A DNA stretch of 64,000 nt, from NCBI GenBank assembly GCA_963744855.1, contig CAVUUZ010000001.1:65179-129178 (forward strand), written 5' to 3'. The stretch comes from an uncultured Flavobacteriaceae bacterium (GTDB taxonomy: Bacteria > Bacteroidota > Bacteroidia > Flavobacteriales > Flavobacteriaceae). Within the stretch, counting starts at the first letter, position 1. Each line of letters opens with the position of its first letter. A program made the position numbers and the translations under genes. Below the pieces are notes generated by a model, which did no database searches, had not been told where the DNA came from, and worked only from the letters and a program-made list of their open reading frames with translations. Shown here piece by piece: positions 54,790-64,000 of this stretch.

Positions 54790-55403
54790 TTATTTTTTTG
54801 TTCTATATGTATCCAGGGCATCCATTTCAACGTCTATAACGATTTCCTTTGAAGAAGGCCCAATTACTTTGTAAAAGGTCTTCAATAATATTTTTAAATC
54901 CAACATAAATGAGATATTCTCAACGTATTCAACATCGTATGCTAATTTCCTATCCCAAGATAGGCTATTTCTACCCGAAACCTGGGCAAGTCCCGTTACG
55001 CCGGGTAATACAGTGTGTCTTATTTTCTCTTTTTCGCTGTAAAATGGTAAATATCGCACCCGTAATGGTCTGGGACCAACTAAACTCATATCACCTTTAA
55101 TAACATTTAATAGCTGCGGAATTTCATCTAATGATGACTTTCTAAGAAAATTTCCAAACTTAGTTAATCTATTTTCATCAGGGAGTAATTCACCATTTAA
55201 GTCTTTGGCATCACTCATGGTTTTAAACTTCATGATATAAAATATTTTTCATCTTTACCAGGTCTTGGCTGAAAAAATAGTGGTTTGCAATTATTGTATA
55301 AGCAAAGAATAGTAAATATTACAATAAAAAATGGAAAGAGAACAATAAATCCACATATGGAAAGTAATAAGTCTAGCGTCCTTTTAAATATTAGTTTATA
55401 CAT
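54790..55403 (-). CDS. Bacterial sugar transferase (PglC-like initiating phosphoglycosyl transferase), frameshift near 55245
   Basis: ATG 55403 [11 protein letters not shown] + TM + FFQPRPGK; after an A-run shift [40 protein letters not shown]. Confidence 0.9.
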
Positions 55404-56433
55404 AAAATTTATTCTATTGAGACTATTTTTTTACTGATCGAAGATAGAACAAGTGATGTGGAAATTGAAAAAAAAATGTTATGACCAACTATATCTCGAT
55501 AAAATACCGTTTTATCATTTTTTAATCAACAACATATCGAAAAAGCCATCATTCTATAGATGTGCATATTTGAACGTCTTCTTCAATTTATATAATTTAT
55601 ATATGAATAGCCTAAATTCAACTTAATTCAGTCCCTTCTAGATCAATAGCCGTCAATCTTCATATTCCAGAAGATAATTAGAGAATTTCATTCATATTTA
55701 CTGAAGTTATAATGGCATGATCTCCTGAAAATAGGACTAGGATTTGTGACAATCCTTTTTAGGTATGAAAATTGCCTTGCAATTTAAGTGCTAAAGTAAA
55801 ATTAAATCAATTCTCCTGAATTAATTGAACTTGCTTTTATTCTGGAAATACCGCTAGTTGAAAAATCATTAAGTGTGATAGGGGATTTCCCGGATTAAAT
55901 CTAGCTTGTTCTCTAAAGTGAAGCGTATCAACAATATCATTAATTTAGTTTTTTATAGCTCTTGGATAATGAATCATTATATTTTTTAACCAAAAAAAGT
56001 TTATTAACTATTAGGACATCTTTTAAGGAAGAATAATTATTAAGGTTTACAAAAAATTATGGTTGTCTTTGCATGTTTAAACCCCCACCAAATTGAGCAC
56101 CCCTTTTTTATCTGGAAGCATCTGAGGTATATTGCACCTCTATGAATTGAACATCGCTATTATGACGTTTTATGTTACCAACATTTATAAAATCAATATA
56201 CCAAAATAGTTTGCCCCTTAATTTATCAAGTGTATATATTATGAATATTCCTATATTTCTTGCCTGGATTAGGATGGCCATCAAATGGTAATTTCTTGTT
56301 ATAACAGTTGGATACCTTAGTTCTTGATTAGTATAACATGGTATAAATTCAATAAGGACGTATTACCAAATTATCCCCGTATAGGACTGATTATGAAATA
56401 GAATGCTCAAGAAATCAATTTTCTTTGATCTAT

Positions 56434-57012
56434 TCATTTTATTTCATAATGAATCGGTTTAAATGATCCATTATTACTATCCTCGGCTGAACATGCTGTA
56501 AGCCCTATAATAACATCCATCATAGCCTCGAAGATAACATAATCATTGGGTTGACTTGTTGGCGGATTTACGGATATTTTACCCATCGCATCAAACTGAA
56601 CGTTCATAAAAATATTGAAGGCAGTAGGAATATCGTCTGGTTTAATACCATATGGCTGTAAATTAGTGTATAGATTTTCAAAACAGCTAGGATGATACCC
56701 AGTGTAATCGTACATAATTTCGAAGGTTTCCGGACTACATGGCGCTAGCAAAAAATCATTCCGGCCGTTGGTATCCTCTAAAATCTTCATCATTTTTATA
56801 CTACGGTTGCTCCATAAAAAATTTCCTTGGGAAAGAAGGATGGATTCTTCAAAATCGAAAGTTTTGCCAGAAGAGATTTTTTCCTTTATGTCATTTGCAT
56901 TAAATACAACCATATCACTCACTTGTTGACCTTCAGGATCAATGACTTTAAGAGTTTGTCCTTTTAGCAATTTAAACGCAACCCCTTTCTGTTTTGAAAT
57001 TACTTTAATCAT
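56434..57012 (-). CDS. DUF1989 / YcgI family protein (urea-carboxylase-associated, CgdA/B-like fold)
   Basis: IDPEGQQVSD, GRNDFLLAPCS, HPSCFENL, FNIFMNV, TACSA. Confidence 0.85.
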   Translation of the reverse strand: MIKVISKQKGVAFKLLKGQTLKVIDPEGQQVSDMVVFNANDIKEKISSGKTFDFEESILLSQGNFLWSNRSIKMMKILEDTNGRNDFLLAPCSPETFEIMYDYTGYHPSCFENLYTNLQPYGIKPDDIPTAFNIFMNVQFDAMGKISVNPPTSQPNDYVIFEAMMDVIIGLTACSAEDSNNGSFKPIHYEIK

Positions 57013-57668
57013 TTATCCATTATGTGTTTGAATGGACACTCCCAACTATCATCAACAAGTCTGCCACTGTATTGAGGGGCTTCACTTTTACTCCCAAAAT
57101 CAACCAACATAGGATTTATTGAACCGTTTTTTTGCATATCACGTTTTCGAATAGTATCTCGAACACGTGTGTAAACTCCCATTTCCCGAAGCTTTTCAAA
57201 TTGCCAATGCATATTAAATACAAGAGTTGGCCGAGGACTTTTTCTCGCATTCCGTGAACTATTTGGGTGCAAACCCACAATATAAAAGGCCGTACCTAGA
57301 ATACTAAAACTAAATGATTTATTTTTTGGGTTACTACTTGTCGTCTTATCCCAATTTTTTTCATCTAGTTCGTGGATATTTTGTAACTGCTTCCAAAGCA
57401 AATTTTCAAATTCTATTTCAGAATAATTTAAATTGTCATTAAAAATGGCAATGAAGGAAAAGAAATCATTGCTCGAAAAATCATAACTTTCTAAATAAAT
57501 TTTTAAATCTTCCAATATTTTTCTTGCAGCAGTGCTGCTTCCAAGGCCTGTATATGTATTCAATGCATAATTTTCCGAACTAAAAACTGATTGCGACATA
57601 ACACATGGGTGGTCATCGTCAAGTATGAATTTTTTGAAATCATCTTTATTTGATATTGAAGCTTTCAT
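57009..57668 (-). CDS. YqcI/YcgG family heme-dependent guanidino N-hydroxylase (GntA/DcsA-like)
   Basis: HPCV, W..LQ..H..D...W, FSFS..G.AFY.VGLHP.SSR.AR, LVFN.H.QFE.LR, EA.QYSGR, W.CPF. Confidence 0.85.
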   Translation of the reverse strand: MKASISNKDDFKKFILDDDHPCVMSQSVFSSENYALNTYTGLGSSTAARKILEDLKIYLESYDFSSNDFFSFIAIFNDNLNYSEIEFENLLWKQLQNIHELDEKNWDKTTSSNPKNKSFSFSILGTAFYIVGLHPNSSRNARKSPRPTLVFNMHWQFEKLREMGVYTRVRDTIRKRDMQKNGSINPMLVDFGSKSEAPQYSGRLVDDSWECPFKHIMDK

Positions 57669-58236
57669 TTTTTTATGAGTTTTATGGCTTAAAAACCAAA
57701 GAAATAACTATCCGAACCAATAATAAAGTATCTGCAAATAAAGACATGGGGGAAGTTAAAAATCTAAAATAAAATTCATACAATCTTGCTCAAAACTAAT
57801 ACATATGAACACTATTTATCTTAAAACGATTTTAAAGTTGATCTTTTCAAATATTTAAGATGTTAATTGACTTTTACAAAAATTAACAGTATTTATTATC
57901 AAACAGAACTAATTTCTATGAATAGTATAAATATTCGTTTAAAGTATTAATATGCATTTTTCATTAACTGTCTAAATGATATTAGGTTGCCTATAATTAA
58001 TTGTAAAATATCCTATCATACTTTTAAGTAAATCAATAATTCTCGTTCAAGTTGAATGGTATAGTCTATCCATGGGTAGTAAACAAAATCTATGGATCTC
58101 AATATTAGAAGTCTCATATTAGCTTAAAGTCAACAATATTATTAAGTACAACGGTCAATACTAAAAATGTATTTTCATTGATGCCTATCGATAAACCTAT
58201 ATCTTAGGTAATGGATCTTAAAATTTGCAAACGGTT

Positions 58237-59288
58237 TTAAAGCATTCCTTTATTTAATTTTTGGACCAAATCTTTTATTAATTCATTTTTTAATAATCCT
58301 CCACTAACAACATCACAAAAATCTAAGGCTGGGTTGGTGTTTGCTTCAATTAAAACTGGTCCTTCAGGCGTAATAGCCACATCCCATCCAATCACCCGAT
58401 CCGGTATATACTTTAATGCATCAATGACGATTTCGCAGGCTTCTTTATAATACGGTATTTTATATCCTCCAAATCTAAATTTGCTTTGTGGGTGTTGATA
58501 TAATTGCCCTCCTCCATATTCCATGGAGCGATGCCCAATGTTGTGCAATTTTCCATTTTCTGGATCAATACCAACCCAGAATCCACCCGAACTGGCATTA
58601 TCCACCACACTTTCGCCAAGCCCAAAGCGCATCAATGGCGCAATGATCTCAACCTTGCCGGTATTGTCCATGAAGGTGGTTAATCGTATTGTATTTATAC
58701 ATTTGCTATGGATTTCATCAATTGCTGGATGTTGCTCTACTACTTTTGAATAAATATGCCCCTCCGAAAGTAGGGACTTAGCATGAAGATTTATCTGCTC
58801 CTTTAAATTTTTTAAATCTAATTTGAAACAACCTTCCCCCCCAAACCGGATAAGGGTTTTACGAAGACATTATTGACACCACTAGAAATAAGCATTAAAT
58901 TAAAAAATTTCTCCAATCCTTCTTCATCTTGGATGGATTGCATTTTGCCATCGTAGAAAAACTGATTTCTAAGGTTATGTCCATATAATTTAGGAGTTTT
59001 AAGAGCAAACTTTTCGGCATAAATATAAAATAAAAGTTTGTTGTCCATTATACAGGCATGTTCTGCCTTATGAAGTTCGGGATGTATTTGTATACGGCGA
59101 CCTTCCTTGGTTCCAAGGTAATCCATAATGTTTGTAATATCCTTTTTATAAAGATGTTTAAAATAATAAAATGGGACTTCTTTTTTTCTTACTAAAAGTG
59201 TTAATACTTCCTTGAATATTATAAAAACATTTTTTTTGTTCTTGTCCTTTAAGAACACAAAAATTCTTTGCGGGTTTTTAATCGTCAT
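58237..59288 (-). CDS. Sugar-transfer-associated ATP-grasp protein (copy 2), one frameshift at a G-run (~58835)
   Basis: DNKLLF, FVKPLSGLGGK(G)CF, EQHPAI..IHSKCINTIR, MRFG....VDN.SSGG, GWDVAIT.EGPVLIEAN. Confidence 0.85.
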
Positions 59289-59683
59289 AATTTCATTTAG
59301 TTAATAAACAATAATAAAAATGCGAGATAGCAAAAGGAATCCTGAAAGGATAAAAATAAATCGAAAGGTCGCTTAATATGTTTTATTTAAATCATCTATA
59401 AATATGAAATGGAGCAAGTATAATAATTAAAATATTACATAATGATTATAAAAAAATGACCACTTTTTAAATAATTAATGAATCTGCTCGCATCCTTGTA
59501 AAATAAATAAAACAGAAATACAATTCTATTTCAATTCGCTTAATAGTATGGTTCTTCTATTAAAGTTATAAAACAAATAAGGAGAAAGGAATTTCCAAGA
59601 AAGAAGGAACAAATAGGAGTTAATAATTGTAACCTTCATTTAACTACTTTAAAAATCTCCTAAAGAATAATTGATTAATTTTT

Positions 59684-60880
59684 TTAAACTTGAATCTTGC
59701 TTATGAGTGTACGATACGCATGATTGGCCGTTAAATTGTTTTTCATATACTCATACCCCTTTTGTCCCATTCTAATTCTACGTTCATCATCATCCATAAG
59801 ATATAACAAAGCTTCTTTCAGTTGTTCGGTCTTTCCAGCTTCACGCCAAATACCTGCACCACTCTCCTCAAGGATAGTTCCGTAGTCTGTATTAACGTCA
59901 ATTGAAGCTAAAATTGGTTTTTTAGCATTGAAATATGACAAGGTTTTTGAAGGGATATTTGGAATTGTAAAATCTTCGCTCAAGGATATAAGCCCTACAT
60001 CAGCTGCTTGTAAAATTCTGTGATAGTCCTCACTTGTTACTTTACCGTGAATTTGAACATTTTCTAATTGCTCAGCTTGTACCAGATCTCTTAATTTCTG
60101 ACCTTCGTTTCCATCACCTACAATGAAAAAACATAGGTTTTCTATACTTGCACAAGACTTTGCAAGTGCCACAATATTTTCTATTTTTTGAGGTCTTCCA
60201 ATATTTCCTCCAAAAAATACTATAAACTTATCCATTAAATTATATTTCTTTTTAATGGAGTTTATTTCCTTATCCCTCAACAATTCCTTAAGGTTTCTGG
60301 AATTAGGAAGAATATGTAACTTTTTCTTTTCAATCCATGGATTATGCTGTAATACATAATCTATATTTCCCTGAGACATACATCCTATGGCATCAGCAAT
60401 GCGGTACATTTTTTTCTCCTTCCTCCGAAAATATGAATAGATGATACTGCTTTTCGACATCATTTTAAGATCTACGGCGTTTTGCGGAAAAATATCTCGC
60501 AACATAACATAGATTTGTGAGTTGTATTTTCTTTTAAACCAGGCAGTAAGGACCACCAGCGTAATTGGTGGAGTAGGCATTATTACCAAATCGTAAGCAA
60601 GGTCTAAGCCACTTCTTTTCAGTGCCTTTTTAAACTGATAGGGTAGTAGTAAGTTGGCTAGACCCTTCTGAATAAGACCAACATTAAATAATTTCATTGT
60701 AGGAACCCTAATTACGTTTATGCCAGCTTCTAATTGCCTTCCGCTGCCGGTACCTTCTAGTTCTGGTGCTACAACATCTATATGATGCCCATTATTGTGA
60801 AACTCTGTTACAAGTTCTGTAAACAGATTTGTTGATTTATTCATATTGGCAAAACCCAGCCCTAAAAAGAGAATTTTCAT
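59684..60880 (-). CDS. GT4 glycosyltransferase, WbuB/Cap5L-like (L-FucNAc transferase)
   Basis: TPPIT, RDIFPQNAVDL, GGNIGRPQ, PNIPSK..SY; directly follows fnlC. Confidence 0.85.
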   Translation of the reverse strand: MKILFLGLGFANMNKSTNLFTELVTEFHNNGHHIDVVAPELEGTGSGRQLEAGINVIRVPTMKLFNVGLIQKGLANLLLPYQFKKALKRSGLDLAYDLVIMPTPPITLVVLTAWFKRKYNSQIYVMLRDIFPQNAVDLKMMSKSSIIYSYFRRKEKKMYRIADAIGCMSQGNIDYVLQHNPWIEKKKLHILPNSRNLKELLRDKEINSIKKKYNLMDKFIVFFGGNIGRPQKIENIVALAKSCASIENLCFFIVGDGNEGQKLRDLVQAEQLENVQIHGKVTSEDYHRILQAADVGLISLSEDFTIPNIPSKTLSYFNAKKPILASIDVNTDYGTILEESGAGIWREAGKTEQLKEALLYLMDDDERRIRMGQKGYEYMKNNLTANHAYRTLISKIQV

Positions 60881-60884
60881 AAAC

Positions 60885-62023
60885 TTAGTGTTTAGACCAA
60901 ACCACCCTATTTATATAGTCGGTGTAGGATAAAATAATTCGAACTACTTTTTCGCTCACATTCGGCATTGAATAATCTGCAACGAATCTGAAATTTCTTT
61001 CAGGATTTCTTTTTTGTTTTTCCAGAACAGATAATGCTTGTAGAATACGCTCCGGATTAAGCCCTACCATCATTACGGAAGCTTCTTCCATGGCTTCAGG
61101 CCTCTCATGCGCTTCCCGAATGTTTAGCGCCCTAAAATTTAAAATAGAAGATTCCTCAGAAATGGTGCCGCTATCAGAAAGTACGGCAAAGGAATGGTAT
61201 TGCAGTGCGTTGTAGTCAGAAAACCCCAAGGGTTTTAAAAATCTGACCAGGGCATGCGTTTGGACGTTCTTTTCGTTTAGCATATTACGCGTTCTGGGAT
61301 GCGTTGACACAATGACCGGGTATTGATATTTTTCGGCTATTTTATTTAGAGACCTTATGAGTCCATCAAAATTCTTAGGGTTGTTGATGTTTTCTTCCCT
61401 GTGAGAAGAGACAACAAAATATTTATGTTTTTCCAACTGCTGGGTCTCCAAAACTTTAGAGACTTCTATTTTGTGCAAGGAACTTATGTCAATACTTCAA
61501 ACATAGGGCTGCCGGTTTTTATTACCCTTTCTGGTGACAAGCCTTCTCTTAAAAGGTATTCCCTTGCAATATCGCTGTATGTTAGGTTAATATCAGCAAC
61601 ATGGTCTACTATTTTGCGATTCGTTTCTTCGGGCACACGCTGGTCAAAACAGCGGTTTCCTGCTTCCATATGAAAAATAGGAATTTTCCGTTTTTTTGCA
61701 GGTATAGCACACAGGCAAGAATTGGTGTCGCCCAGAACTAAAAAGGCATCGGGATTTATTTTTTCCAGTACCGGATCAATTGTAATTAAAATATTCCCTA
61801 TAGTTTCTGAAGCTGACGAACCGGCGGCATTTAAAAAAAAATCGGGCTTTTTGATACCCAGGTCTTCAAAAAAAATCTCATTTAATTCATAATCATAGTT
61901 CTGGCCGGTATGTACCAGGATATGATCTATAGCTTCATGGGCTTCAAGTGCTTGTAATACACAAGAGAGGCGTATAATCTCGGGTCTTGTACCCACAACG
62001 GTAAGCACTTTTAACTTTTTCAA
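60885..62023 (-). CDS. fnlC: UDP-N-acetylglucosamine 2-epimerase-type FnlC/WbjD/Cap5G, frameshift near 61485
   Basis: VGTRPEIIRLS, HTGQNYD, LGDTNS, HMEAGNR, HREEN, SDSGTISEE, ERPE. Confidence 0.88.
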
Positions 62024-62050
62024 CTTTTTATTTTTAGAGTTTAATAATTC

Positions 62051-63189
62051 TTAAACATCTTCAAAATAGGTATCTGCATCTTGTTGGATCATATGGTTCG
62101 TTGATCCAAAATAGCGTGATGAGTTCTTCATCTCCTATATTTTTTATATTATGTGTATACCATATGGGCATATCTACATAGGCAGGTTCTTCCCCATCCA
62201 GTTTATAATTGATAACCTTATCCGTGCCTATTTTACGCAATTGGATCAAAGCTTTTCCTTTTATAACTGCAAACCGCTCCGCTTTCCGGGTATGAAAATG
62301 ATTTCCTCTGGTAATTCCGGGAACGGTCGTTGAAAATGAAAATTGCCCACTTGTTTGTGTACGGGCTATCTCCACAAAACTACCTCGATTATCTGTATGT
62401 TTAGTGTATTTAACAGGATAATGATTCTCCGGCACATAACAGCGAAACGTATTGAAAAGTGATTTTTCAAAGGTGTCTTCAAGATTTGGAAATATGCCTT
62501 GCTCCATATAATCGTGTTTATAACGCAATAATAAATTCAATATTTCTGATACCTTCTTTCTATGGGTAGGAGCTATATGCAACTTCATAGCTGTTAAGCC
62601 CTATCTTTGTTGTTTCTGCGGTGTTATTTAATACATCTATAAAGATCTGTACTAATTCATTAATATAAATGAGACCCACTTCACTATCATTGAGTATGGC
62701 CGGTTCCTCATTATGAGCAACTTTATGACAAAATGTTGCCACGACCGAATTATAATTTGGTTTTCCGAACGGACCAAAAACATTGGGAATGGTTAAGGAA
62801 GTAAATCTCCCTCCCTTTTTGTTTGCCCATTCTGCTAATAACTGTTTTCCTTCCTTTTTCGACTTCCCGTATAGATTGTCTTTATTTTCCTGAGAGGATG
62901 ACGAGAATAGTATATGTGGAGTAACTTTTTGCCCCGTGCAGGCATTCACAAGCTTTGTAACCAGTTCTAAGTTGGTATTGTAAATAACTTCCGGATCTTC
63001 ATGTCTGTTCATTGCAGCAAGATGTACAATAACATCGCATTGGGTTACAAATTTTTCCAGTAGCTTATTATCTGAGAAGAAAGATCTTTCAAAAGGGACC
63101 AGAGTTACTGATTCGTCTAATGAAAGGGTAGTATAGAGATGGTTGCCCACAAAACCTGCTTGTCCGGTAATTCCAATATTTTTCTTCAT
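62051..63189 (-). CDS. fnlB: UDP-2-acetamido-2,6-dideoxy-hexulose reductase/epimerase FnlB/WbjC/Cap5F, frameshifts near 62585 and 62085
   Basis: GITGQAGFVG, HLAAMNR, YGKSK, PNVFGPFGKPNYNSVVATFC, then cupin RGNHFH.RK.ERF; corrected C-terminus YDP.DADTYFEDV*. Confidence 0.88.
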
Positions 63190-63217
63190 TTAATGCTGAA
63201 TTTATTTCAGTATTTAT

Positions 63218-63647
63218 TTACCATTTGGCATTCCATTTATCTATTGGGTACCGAAAATCGTCGTTTTTTGATTTATTCAGGCTTAAATTTGAAAACACCT
63301 GTAATCGGGAATTTTCTTCAGTGGCCCTGAAGCCGGTAGCATACCCCCCTGAAATTTCAAGGATCACAGTATTTTTTGCATCTAATAAAACCCTTTCAGG
63401 AATCAATAAGGAGGAGGGTTTTTCAAAATTATCTATTTTTATTAAGTTCATCACAAATCCTCCGGAACTACAGTAGAACCATTTTTTTTCTTTTTTATGG
63501 CCCTGCCAGGCTCTGATGGTATTCATATTGTTAGGTACTATTTCATAGAATCTAACAATTTTGCCCATATCAAAGGCATTGAAAAAATTTAATACGCCTC
63601 TGTCATCAGTAAAACTATCTCCCTGGATAAGGTTAATAGTGAACCAT
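63218..63647 (-). CDS. Cupin-fold sugar epimerase (WxcM-like/dTDP-sugar epimerase)
   Basis: The frame upstream of the ORF-track start reads IQGDSFTDDRG.LNFFNAFD, then RFY, IRAWQGH..EKKWF, DDFR. The ATG at 63647 is one base out of frame. Confidence 0.75.
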
Positions 63648-64000
63648 CTAAAGATTTTCTTTGATATAATCCAAATTCAATAAGGTCTGTTTTAATTCTT
63701 CATTGGTAAGCTGGGTAGTGTTATGAGAATGGTAGTCCTCAATAGCACTAATATCTGTTTCACCTTCGGAGAAATAACGACTATAGTTCAGATCTCTGTT
63801 GTCTGCAGGAATTCTATAAAATTCACCCATATCTTCTGCTTTTTGCATTTCCTCACGGGTACATAGAGTTTCATACAATTTTTCGCCATGACGTGTACCT
63901 ATAACTTTTATCTCATTGTCTGCATTGAAAATGCTTTTAATCACATTTGCCAGATCACCAATAGTACTGGCGGGGGCTTTATTTACGAATAGGTCACCCT
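63648..64000 (-). CDS. fnlA: UDP-GlcNAc 4,6-dehydratase FnlA/WbjB/Cap5E, C-terminal part (runs off the right edge)
   Basis: KAPASTI, IGTRHGEKLYETL..REE, YRIPADNRDLNY, DYHSHNT. Confidence 0.88.
   Translation of the reverse strand, partial: GDLFVNKAPASTIGDLANVIKSIFNADNEIKVIGTRHGEKLYETLCTREEMQKAEDMGEFYRIPADNRDLNYSRYFSEGETDISAIEDYHSHNTTQLTNEELKQTLLNLDYIKENL

Noticed and set aside
57682-57747. 21-aa minus-strand ORF MSLFADTLLLVRIVISLVFKP just upstream of the N-hydroxylase (leader or RiPP precursor?)
   Set aside because: The start context (CCCCC-ATG) is unlike A-rich Bacteroidota initiation regions, the length is expected by chance, and there is no conservation evidence.
57669-58236. Guanidine riboswitch upstream of the YqcI/YcgG-DUF1989 pair
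   Set aside because: No guanidine-I, -II (paired ACGR hairpins) or -III consensus is recognisable by eye, and the region is very AT-rich. An Infernal/Rfam scan would settle it.
49333-59288. ATP-grasp genes as a graspetide/RiPP cluster
   Set aside because: The motifs fit sugar-transfer-associated and PylC-like ATP-grasps. There is no precursor with repeated core motifs and no peptidase-transporter.
59289-59683. Possible small or remnant membrane-protein gene between wbuB and ATP-grasp copy 2
   Set aside because: Only short (<40 aa) low-complexity frames with no family motif.

Overview
Flavobacteriaceae (Bacteroidota) chromosomal segment with four parts. (1) 1-12.2 kb: a SusC/SusD locus with a VCBS/ASPIC-UnbV lipoprotein. 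Divergent from it, across a perfect LacI-type palindrome, is a GMC oxidoreductase / gluconate-2-DH subunit-3 / TIM-barrel cluster resembling the 3-keto-glycoside route, followed by a convergent GH130. (2) 12.3-39.7 kb: conserved housekeeping genes (ddpX, rsmE, tsaD, tamB, pfkA, gap, GlcNAc kinase-like, ridA, lptD-like, amidase, mlaD, Fe-S proteins, GH3/beta-lactamase fusion, bshA, OmpA). (3) 39.7-43.7 kb: a PAPS-supply cassette (cysQ-DUF2061-cysC-cysD-cysN). (4) 43.8-64 kb: the AT-rich distal part of a surface-polysaccharide locus. It holds L-FucNAc genes (fnlABC, wbuB-like) and an unusually dense set of tailoring genes: ACP, MBOAT + SGNH partner, two PaaK/CapK-like ligases, three ATP-grasp proteins, a FemAB-like GNAT and a D-cysteine-desulfhydrase-like PLP enzyme. 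A YqcI/YcgG (GntA/DcsA-like) N-hydroxylase + DUF1989 pair is embedded among them. Many genes, including essential tsaD, carry single-base frameshifts, most likely long-read or assembly errors. I saw no tRNA, rRNA, CRISPR array, IS or prophage. All family calls come from motif recognition, not database searches.
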